Assembly (NCBI GenBank): GCA_040954595.2
Contig: CM082598.2
Span: 4,541,097 to 4,605,096 of the forward strand
DNA: 64,000 nt
Source: Balanoglossus misakiensis
Taxonomy: Eukaryota > Animalia > Hemichordata
Direction of reading: 5' to 3'
The notes beneath the pieces were generated by a model. That model had not been told where the DNA came from. It did no database searches and saw only the letters and a program-made list of their open reading frames with translations. A program made the position numbers and the translations under genes. Of the stretch, positions 37,019 to 49,156 are shown in pieces (the first letter of the stretch is position 1; every line of letters begins with the position of its first letter).

Positions 37019-40000
37019 TTTAAATTTGAGACAATTATACTATCATTTAAAATTACAAGCATTCAGGAAGTCTATGTAGATCCCTCACTACAATTAACCA
37101 CTAAATTTGGCGGCCATTTTGAATGTAAAATTTGAAACAATTATACTATCAGTTACAATTACAAGTATTCAGGAAGTCTATGTAGATCCCTCACTACAAT
37201 TAACCACTCAATTTGGCGGCCATTTTGAATGTAAAATTTGAAACAATTATACTATCATTTAAATTTACCAGCATTTAGAAAGTCTATGTTGATCCCTCAC
37301 TACAATTAACTACTGAAGTTGGTGGCCATTTTGAATGTAAAAATTGAGACAATTATACTATCATTTAAAATTACAAGCATTCAGGAAGTCTATGTAGATC
37401 CCTCACTGCAATTAACTACTAAATTTGGCGGCCATTTTGAATGTAAAATTTGAAACAATTATACTATCATTTAAATTTACAAGCATTCAGAAATTCTATG
37501 TAGATCCCTCACTACAATTAACTACTAAATTTGGCGGCCATTTTGAATGTAAAATTTGGAACAATTATACTATCATTTAAATTTACCAGCATTCAGGAAG
37601 TCTATGTAGATCCCTCACTACAATTAACCACTAAATTTGGTGGCCATTTTGAATGTTAAATTTGAGACAATTATACTATCATTTAAAATTACAAGCATTC
37701 AGGAAGTCTATGAAGATCCCTCACTACAATTAACCACTAAATTTGGCGGCCATTTTGAATGTAAAATTTAAAACAATTATACTATCAGTTACAATTACAA
37801 GTATTCAGGAAGTCTATGTAGATCCCTCACTACAATTAACCACTCAATTTGGCGGCCATTTTGAATGTAAAATTTGAAACAATTATACTATCATTTAAAT
37901 TTACCAGCATTTAGAAAGTCTATGTTGATCCCTCACTACAATTAACTACTGAAGTTGGTGGCCATTTTGAATGTAAAATTTGAGACAATTATACTATCAT
38001 TTAAAATTACAAGCATTCAGGAAGTCTATGTAGATCCCTCACTACAATTAACCACTAAATTTGGCGGCCATTTTGAATGTAAAATTTGAAACAATTATAC
38101 TATCATTTAAATTTACCAGCATTTAGAAAGTCTATGTTGATCCCTCACTACAATTAACTACTGAAGTTGGTGGCCATTTTGAATGTAAAATTTGAGACAA
38201 TTATACTATCATTTAAATTAACAAGCATTCAGAAAGTCTATGTAGATCCCTCACTACAATTAACTACTAAATTTGGCGGCCATTTTGAATGTAAAATTTG
38301 AAACAATTATACTACCATTTAAAATTAGCAGCATTCAGAAAGTCTATGTAGATCCCTCACTACAATTAACTACTAAATTTGGCGGCCATTTTGAATATTA
38401 AATTTGAGACAATTATACTTATCATTTACAATTACAAGCATTCAGGAAGTCTATGTAGATCCCTCACTACAATTAACCACTAAATTTGGTGGCCATTTTG
38501 AATGTAAAATTTGAAACAATTATACTATCATTTAAATTAACAAGCATTCAGAAAGTCTATGTAGATCCCTCACTACAATTAACTACTAAATTTGGCGGCC
38601 ATTTTGAATGTAAAATTTGAAACAATTATACTACCATTTAAAATTAGCAGCATTCAGAAAGTCTATGTAGATCCCTCACTGCAATTAACCACTAAATTTG
38701 GTGACCATTTTGAATTTTAAATTTGAAACAATTATACTATCATTTATAATAACCAGCATTCAGAAAATTTCACTACAATATACCACTAAATTTGGTGGCC
38801 ATTTTGAATATTAAATTTGAGACAATTATACTATCATTTAAAATTACCAGCTTCTGATAAAGTCTATGTAGATCCCTCACTGAAATTAACCAATAACTTT
38901 GGTAGCCATTTAGAATTTAAGACAATTATACTATCATTTAAAATTACTAGCATTCAGAAAGTCTATGTAGATCCCTCACTGCAATTAACCACTAAGTTTG
39001 GTGACCATTTTGAATTTTAAATTTGAAACAATTATACTATCATTTATAATAACCAGCATTCAGAAAATCTCACTACAATTTACCACTAAATTTGGCGGCC
39101 ATTTTGAATATTAAATTTGAAAACAATTATACTATCATTTAAATTTACAAGCATTCAGAAAGTCTATGTAGATCCCTCACTACAATTAACTACTAAATTT
39201 GGCGGCCATTTTGAATGTAAAATTTGAAACAATTATACTATCATTTAAAATTACTAGCATTCAGAAAGTCTATGTAGATCCCTCACTGCAATTAACCACT
39301 AAGTTTGGTGACCATTTTGAATTTTAAATTTGAAACAATTATACTATCATTTATAATAACCAGCATTCAGAAAATCTCACTACAATTTACCACTAAATTT
39401 GGCGGCCATTTTGAATATTAAATTTGAGACAATTATACTATCATTTAAAATTACTAGCATTCAGAAAGTCTATGTAGATCCCTCACTGCAATTAACCAAT
39501 AACTTTGGTAGCCATTTAGAATTTAAGACAATTATACTATCATTTAAAATTACTAGCATTCAGAAAGTCTATGTAGATCCCTCACTGCAATTAACCACTA
39601 AGTTTGGTGACCATTTTGAATTTTAAATTTGAAACAATTATACTATCATTTATAATAACCAGCATTCAGAAAATTTCACTACAATTTACCACTAAATTTG
39701 GTGGCCATTTTGAATATTAAATTTGAGACAATTATACTATCATTTAAAATTACCAGCTTCTGATAAAGTCTATGTAGATCCCTCACTGAAATTAACTACT
39801 AAATTTGGCGGCCATTTTGAATGTAAAATTTGAAACAATTATACTATCATTTAAAATTACTAGCATTCAGAAAGTCTATGTAGATCCCTCACTGCAATTA
39901 ACCACTAAGTTTGGTGACCATTTTGAATTTTAAATTTGAAACAATTATACTATCATTTATAATAACCAGCATTCAGAAAATCTCACTACAATTTACCACT

Positions 40001-40482
40001 AAATTTGGCGGCCATTTTGAATATTAAATTTGAGACAATTATACTATCATTTAAAATTACTAGCATTCAGAAAGTCTATGTAGATCCCTCACTGCAATTA
40101 ACCAATAACTTTGGTAGCCATTTAGAATTTAAGATAATTATACTATCATTTAAAATTACTAGCATTCAGAAAGTCTATGTAGATCCCTCACTGCAATTAA
40201 CCACTAAGTTTGGTGACCATTTTGAATTTTAAATTTGAAACAATTATACTATCATTTATAATAACCAGCATTCAGAAAATTTCACTACAATTTACCACTA
40301 AATTTGGTGGCCATTTTGAATATTAAATTTGAGACAATTATACTATCATTTAAAATTACCAGCTTCTGATAAAGTCTATGTAGATCCCTCACTGCAATTA
40401 ACCACTAAATTTGACGGTCATTTTGAATGTTAAATTTGAGATAATTATACTATCATTTAAAATTACCAGCTTCTGATAAAGT
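37019..40482 (-). repeat. Right satellite array (reverse orientation), ~33 copies, with higher-order periodicity
   Basis: Reverse complement of the left-array unit; near-identical ORFs at 39399 and 40005 mark a 606-bp period. Confidence 0.95.
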
Positions 40483-41518
40483 GTATAGAGCAAATTACCT
40501 TCACTGCTCCATTGGAGACCACCTTCTCACATCACCATACCAAAATTCATCTTCAGCTGAACTTGAAGTGTTGCATCCACAATGTCGAAAAAAATAAAAA
40601 TAAAAGTGCATGTTATTAGTTTCATGTAGACACATTTTTTGATATTGCCCCAGAAAATTTGACCATGGACAAATACCCCAATGAACATAATACAATATTA
40701 TCTGGGGAGTCAACATGAACAACACGATTGTCTGACATCAATACATCTGACTGACTGAATCCCATTGAATAAAGTGAAATGAGTGACGTACCTTAATTCA
40801 CTGCTCCATTGAAGACCAGTTCTCATGTCACCATACCAAAAGTCACACTCAGTTGGGCTTGGTGAAGTGTTGCATCCACTACGTTGAAAAAAATAAAAGT
40901 ACATGTAATTAGTTTCATGTAGAAAAATACACCACTAAAATAACAGAAATGAAATCCTCAGAAGTTGTATTTGTGAATTTAGAGATACATGAATAGGCAA
41001 GTTTTGAGCTTGATACGTTCAATGATACAAAGGGTGTAGCCATTGGCAACAGAAGCATGTCTGTCTCTCCATGCTTGCCTGAACAAAAGCTCCCCCCCCC
41101 CCCCCCAGTGAAAGATTACGCAATGTTTCTAGAAAATTCTCCTGGACTTGCAGACATGGGTTCTGTTCACAGAGAAATAACAATAGCATGGCTTACCTCA
41201 AATGGTCACATCTTCAGGTGAGAATAGTAAACCCAAGTGTGGTAAATGGGAAGGTCAAATTTAGTTTTTCACTGGGAAACTCAGAGCAAACATGGACATG
41301 AAAAAAAACTGCAGCTATACAAAGCATGGCCGCCTCTGAAGAGGAATTATTCATAATTTTGTGCAAGTCTATTGATAAACAAATTTGGCCTGGAAAGACT
41401 GACCAATCAGAGATCTGTTGACAAGAAATACTGCATGAGATAATTTGCATATATGTATGCTAATTGCAAGCCAGCACACCAGCTGTATTTATGCAGAAGA
41501 CAGCCAATCAGGAACTTG
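40483..41518 (-). repeat. Right ~1-kb inverted arm
   Basis: Reverse complement of 31283-32302. Confidence 0.95.
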
Positions 41519-42280
41519 GAAATACAGCATTCCAAGTACCTGACTGTTCCCCCCTGAGCATACTGAACACAAAATCAACAAAGTTCACACAAGTCGGGAA
41601 TTTTCCATTTTTTTGTAAATTTTCATGAGCTATAACCCATCAAAAATGACCCAAAATGAAAAATTCGCAAAAAAAATTTAAAGTCGTGAAATTGTCATTT
41701 TCGGTAAATTTTCATGGGCTATAACCCATTTAAAAACAACAACAACAATGCATAAATAATTAATATTCTAGTTCACTTTTATTCTGATGCTATTTAGCCA
41801 AAACTCGGCAAAAGATTGTAAAGATCGTAGTTTATCGAGGAAATCCCTCCCCCCCCCCAAAAAAAAAAAATAAATAAGTAAAACGTAAAATTGCAAGATT
41901 TCCTGAATATTAACACACACATGCTATAACAAAAATATAAAATAATTAGTAATTAAGAAGTCAGGTGACCTTTTCACTCAGAGATAACGTTCTGGTAAAA
42001 GTACTGTCGTTAGCATTGAGAGTAATTATGTAAATTTCCCCAAATTTTCCTGAAAATGGAATAGTCTAATATTGTAAAGTGAAGGCTAAACCATCGTGAT
42101 AAGTGTGTCCACACATTTAAAGACTGAACTGAGACAAATCATTTTTACAGAAATATTGATAGCATGTGATTTACAGGGTGCTTATAAGGAGGGTGAAGTG
42201 TTTTGGTGAAGAAAGTACAGTTATGTTAACCCTTTCACCCCCATACCTCAGTCAACAGATCCAACTATGCTATTGCCAAA

Positions 42281-42828
42281 TGCAACAATGTGGTTGTTAC
42301 ATTGTATTACACTGTAGTGTAACTGCTACAATGTACATCATTGCAAACAACATGATTGCTACTTTGTATTACACTGTAGTGTAACTGCTACAATGTACAT
42401 CATTGCAAACAATGCGGTTGTTACTTTGTATTACACTGTAGTGTAACTGCTACAATGTACATCATTGCAAACAATGTGGTTGTTACTTTGTATTACACTG
42501 TAGTGTAACTGCTACAATGTACATCATTGCAAACAATGTGGTTGTTACTTTGTATTACACTGTAGTGTAACTGCTACAATGTACATCATTGCAAACAATG
42601 CGGTTGTTACTTTGTATTACACTGTAGTGTAACTGCTACAATGTACATCATTGCAAACAATGCGGTTGTTACTTTGTATTACACTGTAGTGTAACTGCTA
42701 CAATGTACATCATTGCAAACAATGCGGTTGTTACTTTGTATTACACTGTAGTGTAACTGCTACAATGTACATCATTGCAAACAATGTGGTTGTTACTTTG
42801 TATTACACTGTAGTGTAACTGCTACAAT
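42281..42828. repeat. 62-bp minisatellite, ~9 copies
   Basis: TTGCAAACAATG(C/T)GGTTGTTACTTTGTATTACACTGTAGTGTAACTGCTACAATGTACATCA repeated; starts at 42341 and 42403 give the period. Confidence 0.95.
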
Positions 42829-44118
42829 ATACCGGTACATCGTTGCAAGTGGTCGAACACTTTATGAAGACCTGTTGAATACTCTGCCAGCAAAGCTGAA
42901 TAAATTATGATAATTAACACTGGGCCCTTGGGGGTGCGGAGGTCGTTTTCCAGTCTGCTTGAAACACCGTGGAAACCCAACAACTTTACCATGTGGGAAC
43001 ACTACTCTTTGATAACTTCGACATGCCCACGTTGAAGTTTTGTTTTCTGTAGAACATATATTATTTTTGTAAAGAATCAGTACCATGATGCAAGCATCAA
43101 GCCTGCTGATACAAATTCATTGGAGATAAATTAATCTTCTAGTTTTGTAAATAAATAAAAAGTCATGGCGTTTTGAGAGTACAGCAACTACAACTATTAT
43201 CGGCACAGATCAACTGTAGAATTCAGAAAGAGCACTGTAAAATATGGTCAGGGTATATAATCCAATGCAACTGGAATTCGACCATTTACATCACAAAATT
43301 TGCAACAATGTGGGGATATCACAGATGAAGTCTAAAAAAAGCCACCAGTAAGGGATAGATGACCTCATAATTCTACTTGTTTTGAACACTAAGCTTGATT
43401 GTTTTTTAAAAAGTCGACACTCATTAACATAAATAATTAAAATATGAAAGTCAAGGTATCAATAAAATTGTCCTACTGTAAATTTTTGTTTAACAAATCC
43501 AAAAGTGACTGTAATTTTGCACTTCACTGCTAATGGGGCTTTTATCTGACAGTCTGTCTTGTTTTCAGAGTCAGAAATTGACAGGTCCAAATTTGGTGTG
43601 TAATTCTTTCATCGCAGAATGATTTGTTTTCAAGACTTAAAACGTTATAAACGATGTTTTCCCACATGTTAAAAGACAACGCTGTTGGTTTTCCAAGCTT
43701 GTCAGAAAAAATTATTTTTGAATTGCATGCCGCAAACTCTGTAACTATATTGGCACATGACCATGTAAAAATGCAAATACACATTGTAAAACCTTTCCAA
43801 ATGTTTCCACACTCAACAAATGATGGAAAGTAATCAGACACAGGGAAAAAAACATATGACATTTGGCAATAAATTTGAAAACAGCTTTGGTGAAACAATC
43901 ATTGTTCTTGTCGTGGAGTTCAAAGTTCAACTTTAACTGCAGAGCCAGTCGTCAGAAGAACGTCTCATGTATTGTTTCACGTATTTGCACATGTGTATAA
44001 AATATGGAATCTCACATTATGCGATCTAAGAGTCCAGAGTTCATGTTCGGATCGCATGATTTATGAGTCCATGGCTGGACCTCCTCCTGAGTTACAGGTC
44101 CGTGATCGGACTTCACTG

Positions 44119-47005
44119 CTACGGGTCCATGTTGCTGTTGTGACGGGTTTTCCGCACCGAGCCATCGTCGTGGTCCACCTGTCCGTTCTGCGACTTGATC
44201 AGCGCGGCCGTCTTGTCGAAGTCGATCATGGCGTACGACTCGGTCTTCTTGCTGGGCGTCTCCGGGCCCGGCGTCTTGGGCGTGCGCGGCGACGACCCCG
44301 GCGTGGTGGAGTTGGAGTCGGCCCGGCTCGACTCCAGGTTCTCCAGGTCCAGCTGGATGTAGTTGATCTTCTTCTTGGGCGGCGGCTGCAGCACAATCTG
44401 GGAGATGCCGTTGCCGTTGCCGATTCCGGCGGCCACCTGGTCCAGATTGGCGTACGTGTGATCGGAGTTGGGCGAGGAAAGGTAACCGTTCTTTGGGCTC
44501 GTTCGCCCCAGGCTGGGCGGGGACTTGGCCGACGGCGAACAGTACGGCAGAAATTCGCTCAGATTGTCAAGATTTGCATAGCAGTGGTTAGGGGTGGTTG
44601 GAGTAGTCCTGCCAGGGGAGGTGGCCACCGCCATGCTTTTGTGGGCGTTCCCGTTAAGCACTGGAAGGCCTGTGTTCACAATGTGCCTGGCATGTTGGCT
44701 GTTGTTCTCATGATGATGGTGGTGGTCAAGCCTGGCATAGTTCAAGCTACTCTCTTGAATGCAGTGTGTATTGCCTTGTCGTGTCAGTCCCTGCTGGACG
44801 CTGATATGAACCGATGAAGGCTTGGCCTGAAAACGAGACACCATATACTGTGGTTAAGTCCCGTATAGCTGCCAAATTTAACATATTTTTACCTTGGTAA
44901 AATACTTCAAATCTATTCCCTATCCTCTGAAATCCTCACCATAAAGCCATATTACTTGCATTTGCACCAGTTTGTCATCTCTTGACAATGCATACCACGA
45001 TAGCTCCGTCCTGTTTGTATAGTCAGGCTGATTAAATGGGTGCGGCACTGTTTTTATGCATAGCATGTTCAAATTGCAACATGCAGTCACAATCGGGCAT
45101 CGATACGGTGTTCATGTATACCTATCAGTCAGCTTATTTAGATAGGCCGATTTAAGTCGGAAAATAAAATCATGAAAATAATGCAAGAAGTGGCAGCTCT
45201 AGAGGCTTTAATGAGACTCTTCATTGATTCTGTAGGCCCACTCTGGATTAAAGGACGTCGTTCAGGGTAAAAAAAAATTGAAGAATATTGTACTGTGTAC
45301 AGTGTAGTTCAAACTTCCTTTTTGAAATTAGCCAACAGTACACTATTAAAGCTAGCCTCATATTTGTCCATAGTGTCAGTTAATGGACCACTTTCATGAC
45401 CCCTACATGACCTTTCCATCCTGGCATTTTGTTGGCAGAGTTAACAACGTAACATACCAACAAAGAGACCAGGATGTAAGGTCGCCTGGGGATCATGGGA
45501 GTAGCCAATCTGTTTGTGCAGGCCTAGTTTAAAACATTGATCTGAAATTGAAACTTCATTATCATACAGTTTTATTAGTATCACTGTCAATGGTCACCTT
45601 TTGCAAACCAGATAGTTACAGAGTTGCCAGCAAAAATCTGTAAAAAATTTACTGTACAACCACACATTTTCTAAGAAATACTTTTACCAAAATTGAACAA
45701 AAAGCCCCTAAAATTCATGGTTTAAATTTTTGCCATAATTTGCACATATCAGAATAAGAAGCAATGTCATACTCTACTCACCTCCTCATTGGTTGCAGGA
45801 GCAGGTGTATTGACGTAATTATGTAAATGAGGTGACACAGGAGAGGATGGACTTCGAGGGCTGGCGCTACTGGGCGGCGTGTTGTCCGCGATCACACTTC
45901 CATTGACGTAGTGGGGACTGGACGAGCGCGGGCCGCAACCCGACGACTGCAGAGACTCGCTGGACTGTTTGCGGATCACGCCGTTGGCTCCTGTCAGAGA
46001 GCTGGACCGACTGGCCACGTTGTGTTGACTGGCGGTCTCCTCCGCCTGACCCTGCCGCTCGACATTGTCCTGCACTAAGTTGAAGAGCTGCTCTGCTCGC
46101 TTGCATTTGAACGCGTATATCCCTGTGAAGATGAGAAAATTACCATTAATAAAAACAATACAATTATGACACTGAATCTGAGGGATGACAGCTTGACCAA
46201 TGTCGTTAAGGCTTGTAAAGTTTCATGTCTGGACTGTAACATCTAAAATATGCCTCTGTTCAGACAAAATAATCAAGGACAGATTTTCAGAAAAATGGCA
46301 GCCCTTTTTATTCTTTGTGATATTAAAGAGTGTTAAGTCTGTCATTGGCTTAACCCTAAGGCTGTCAAGTCAGTTGAAACTGGCCTGTTAGACTGCCAAG
46401 TGCATGTTATTCAGTAGGGCCTATACCGGTACAAGACCCTCAGACCAATACAGTGCAAACCAGTACGATTTGGTACATTTTACAGGGGGCTCAGACTGCC
46501 AAGTGTGTCTAAGTACATATGAGAGCCATGTCAAGACAGTCAAAATACGTTTTAGAAGAAAAAGTGGCAAATAAATAAAGGGACTTGACACTTTTAACAG
46601 GTATGACACCCAGTAGCATTTAGGGTTAAATCTCATTTTGATATTTTGGCAACTCTGGCTAAATTTGCAGAGGTGACCAATGAAAGTGGTGTGCAGCCTG
46701 TCAATTGTATCTGTACATTTTCATCCATAGTTCACAACGCATTAACATAAGAACTCACCAGGTCCAGTGGGGCATCTTCTTCCGCTTTCAAACGAGAACA
46801 GCTCCGCATCAAAACCGTACCGTCGCAAACACCGCAACGGCCATCGTACCGGGTCCTTCCCCTTCTGATACAGTATCAAATCCGAGAGTCCAACCTCGAT
46901 CGACCCGCTGCCCAGCTCTCTGCCGTCGTCGTCAACGTTCTTCACTTTGAACATGGTGGGGCTGGAGTCGGAGTCGATCTCCCCACGGATACACTTATTT
47001 CCCAT
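44119..47005 (-). CDS. FRS2: Fibroblast growth factor receptor substrate 2/3-like adaptor (IRS-type PTB domain), 3 coding exons, ~431 aa
   Basis: Exons 47005-46759, 46122-45782, 44826-44119 (1296 nt, in frame, canonical GT-AG). N-terminal MG; PTB motifs FKVKNVDDDGRELGSG and WPLRCLRRYGFDAELFSFESGRRCPTGPGIYAFKC; C-terminal NYIQLDL, YAMIDF and RKTRHNS. Acceptor at 47022-23 implies an upstream UTR exon. Probably co-orthologous to vertebrate FRS2 and FRS3. Confidence 0.93.
46354..46625 (+). mobile_element. Family B MITE in FRS2 intron
   Basis: TTAA|CCCTAAGGCTG...GCATTTAGGG|TTAA. Confidence 0.8.
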
Positions 47006-47846
47006 CGTTGACTAGATTAATCTGGAATGAAGAACACGGAATGATTAGACTCCAGTGGATTTTTCCTTCAGGTAAAAAAATATTTAGCGCAAAATAAGGA
47101 TGGGTGCAATAGGTGAAACAAGATGGCTTTCTCTAGAACTGCAAATACAAATTGCAGTCCCTGTATTCCATGGATTTCAATGTTTAGACACTACGTTAGC
47201 TGTAAGTGTAACTTTTGGGTTATTTTCAGTATTTTGGCTCTGTGTACCATATTAGTCAATATCTGGGTGTGTTTATGGCTCTAATTAGATTATATATATA
47301 CTCATTTAATTGTCTCATTGCATCATATAATTCAATTTAATTCAGTCTAATTACTGTGTTATTGATAAGTTTGCTATATATAGTTTTCTGTATTATTAAT
47401 AGTCTCTCTATTCAGTTGTTTGTCACATTTTTCTTTATCTCAAGAAATCTCCTGGCAAAGAACATCATTACTCCCACGGATGTAATCCTTTTTATGAACT
47501 TTTCACCTTCTTGAAAAATAGTCCGCACATTAGCCCAAGCTGGTACAGCCAAAACTTTGTTGTAAACCAGAAAAGTGCAGCACAATTTAATTGCCATTTC
47601 AGACTCTAACTCAAACGGTCACATGACTTCCATCCTGTTGTTGCAAAACGTGATTTGGGGGTCCCTGGTTTCTGGGTCATTAACACACTGCATAGCATTC
47701 ACGTGTTTTCATCTCACTTTTCTAAACAGGCTGCAGGATTTTCCGGCAGCAATTCAGAAGATGAATATCCAGAAATGAAAGATTTACAAACAATTCTATG
47801 TGAAAGAAATTGTATCAGAATTACCACACTGGAGATAAATGTACAC

Positions 47847-47914
47847 TGTGTTGTGTTGTGTTGTGTTGTGTTGTGTTGTGTTGTGTTGTGTTGTGTTGTG
47901 TTGTATTGTATTGT
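47847..47914. repeat. (TGTGT)n pentanucleotide microsatellite
   Basis: Direct reading. Confidence 0.95.
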
Positions 47915-48995
47915 TACTATATATTATTTTTAGTGTATTGTACTGTCAGAATTAAGTAAATTTGCAGTGTACCAGGTACATGTATTTTTAAAACGATTAT
48001 TGCTTCTGATAAGAATGTCAATATTTTGTCTACAACTTGTCTGATGACTATTGTATTGAGTTAAAATGTGGTAAAGACTGAAATAAATTTCATGTTCAGA
48101 TGATTGCCAATATTGGATGTCTCTAAAAATATAAAAATATGCAATAGCCTATACAAAAGTGTCTTTGAAATGTCAGTCTGGTCTATAAATAGTTACATGT
48201 ATTTGTGTGCAAAAAACGTCTCCAATTCAAAGTAACCTTGAGCATATGCTGCAGATGATTACCGTGTACTCTTGAACTCGTACATCTACCACTATAGTGT
48301 TCTCGGAGCACACACTTCAGAGAAAAACACTTAGTACAGCTGAATAAATGGGTGCCACACCCATTTAATATTTAGCTTGTACATATTTAAGCCACAGTCC
48401 CTCCATACAGCTATAATCAGAAGCTGATATGATTATTTATACCCATCAGTTAGTTCATACAAATGGACCATTTCAAGTTTGAAAAAAATGCAATTTGGCA
48501 GCTATTGAGGCTTTAATATCATTGGGGTGGGGGAGGGTGAGGGGAGGGTACTACCCAGAAGCACATCTGACTGTTAAGTCCTTATATGAAATGAAAACAA
48601 AATCTACAGGAGGCTCACTTTGCTCAAAATCAGGTGGACATTTTCCAAAAACATGTGAGTTACCTGGGCAGGATAATTTGAAATTTACTGATCGGATGTT
48701 TTCTCTCCAAGGTACGTGATTATCAATGGTCCATGTAAACAGGATCGGTTAATGCAAAAACTCTGCAACACTATAACATCCCTAAACTCCAGCGCAAGTT
48801 AAGCAACTCGTATTACAGCTTTCTGTAACCTTTGACCCTGATTACTCTGTATGTGGGTCCAACTGAACCATTGGAAACAACGCGACAGAACCAATCTCTG
48901 GGGCTCAATATGAAATGTATACATGTGTCAAACTTTGTCGATTTGGTTTCATCACAGCACAAGCCCTCGAATTTAAAACTGCATCATAGCATTAA

Positions 48996-49156
48996 AGGGA
49001 CATTAGCTGTAACTTTTGCCACTCCTCCTAGAATTTTTGTTCTGTGTACCAAATGCAATTTCCTGTGGTACTCCAAACAGCATGTTAGTAAACTGGTATT
49101 CCACTTGTCAACAAAGCCTGTATGTGTGTAGCAAAAAGTTACAGCTACATGGAGCT
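48996..49156. mobile_element. TTAA-flanked ~160-bp MITE, family F
   Basis: TTAA|AGGGACATTAGCTGTAACTTTTG...CAAAAAGTTACAGCTACATGGAGCT|TTAA; similar ends at ~26380-26474, ~59306-59385, ~61120-61211. Confidence 0.6.

Larger units (their letters stand above)
31197..41750. mobile_element. ~10.55-kb non-autonomous foldback-type element (Mutator/Foldback-like by inference)
   Basis: CATAAATAA direct repeat at 31188-31196 and 41751-41759; 18-bp terminal IR GTTGTTGTTGTTTTTAAA; inverted arms 31283-32302 and 40483-41518; opposed satellite arrays; no transposase ORF. Confidence 0.8.

Noticed and set aside
33295-40232. Repeated MAAILN.KFETIILSFKI ORFs
   Set aside because: Chance open frames of the satellite unit, with non-ATG starts and frequent stops.
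31197-41750. Polinton, RAG-like transposon, LTR element or endogenous virus interpretation of the large element
   Set aside because: No coding capacity; termini and the 9-bp flanking repeat do not fit Polinton (6-bp TSD, AG ends), RSS-like CAC ends, or direct LTRs.
42281-42828. CRISPR-like appearance (palindromic repeat with ~62-bp period)
   Set aside because: Whole units are identical with no variable spacers, there are no cas genes, and the context is eukaryotic.
43972-44817. 281-aa plus-strand ORF
   Set aside because: Antisense shadow of the GC-rich last FRS2 exon; non-ATG start and no domain.
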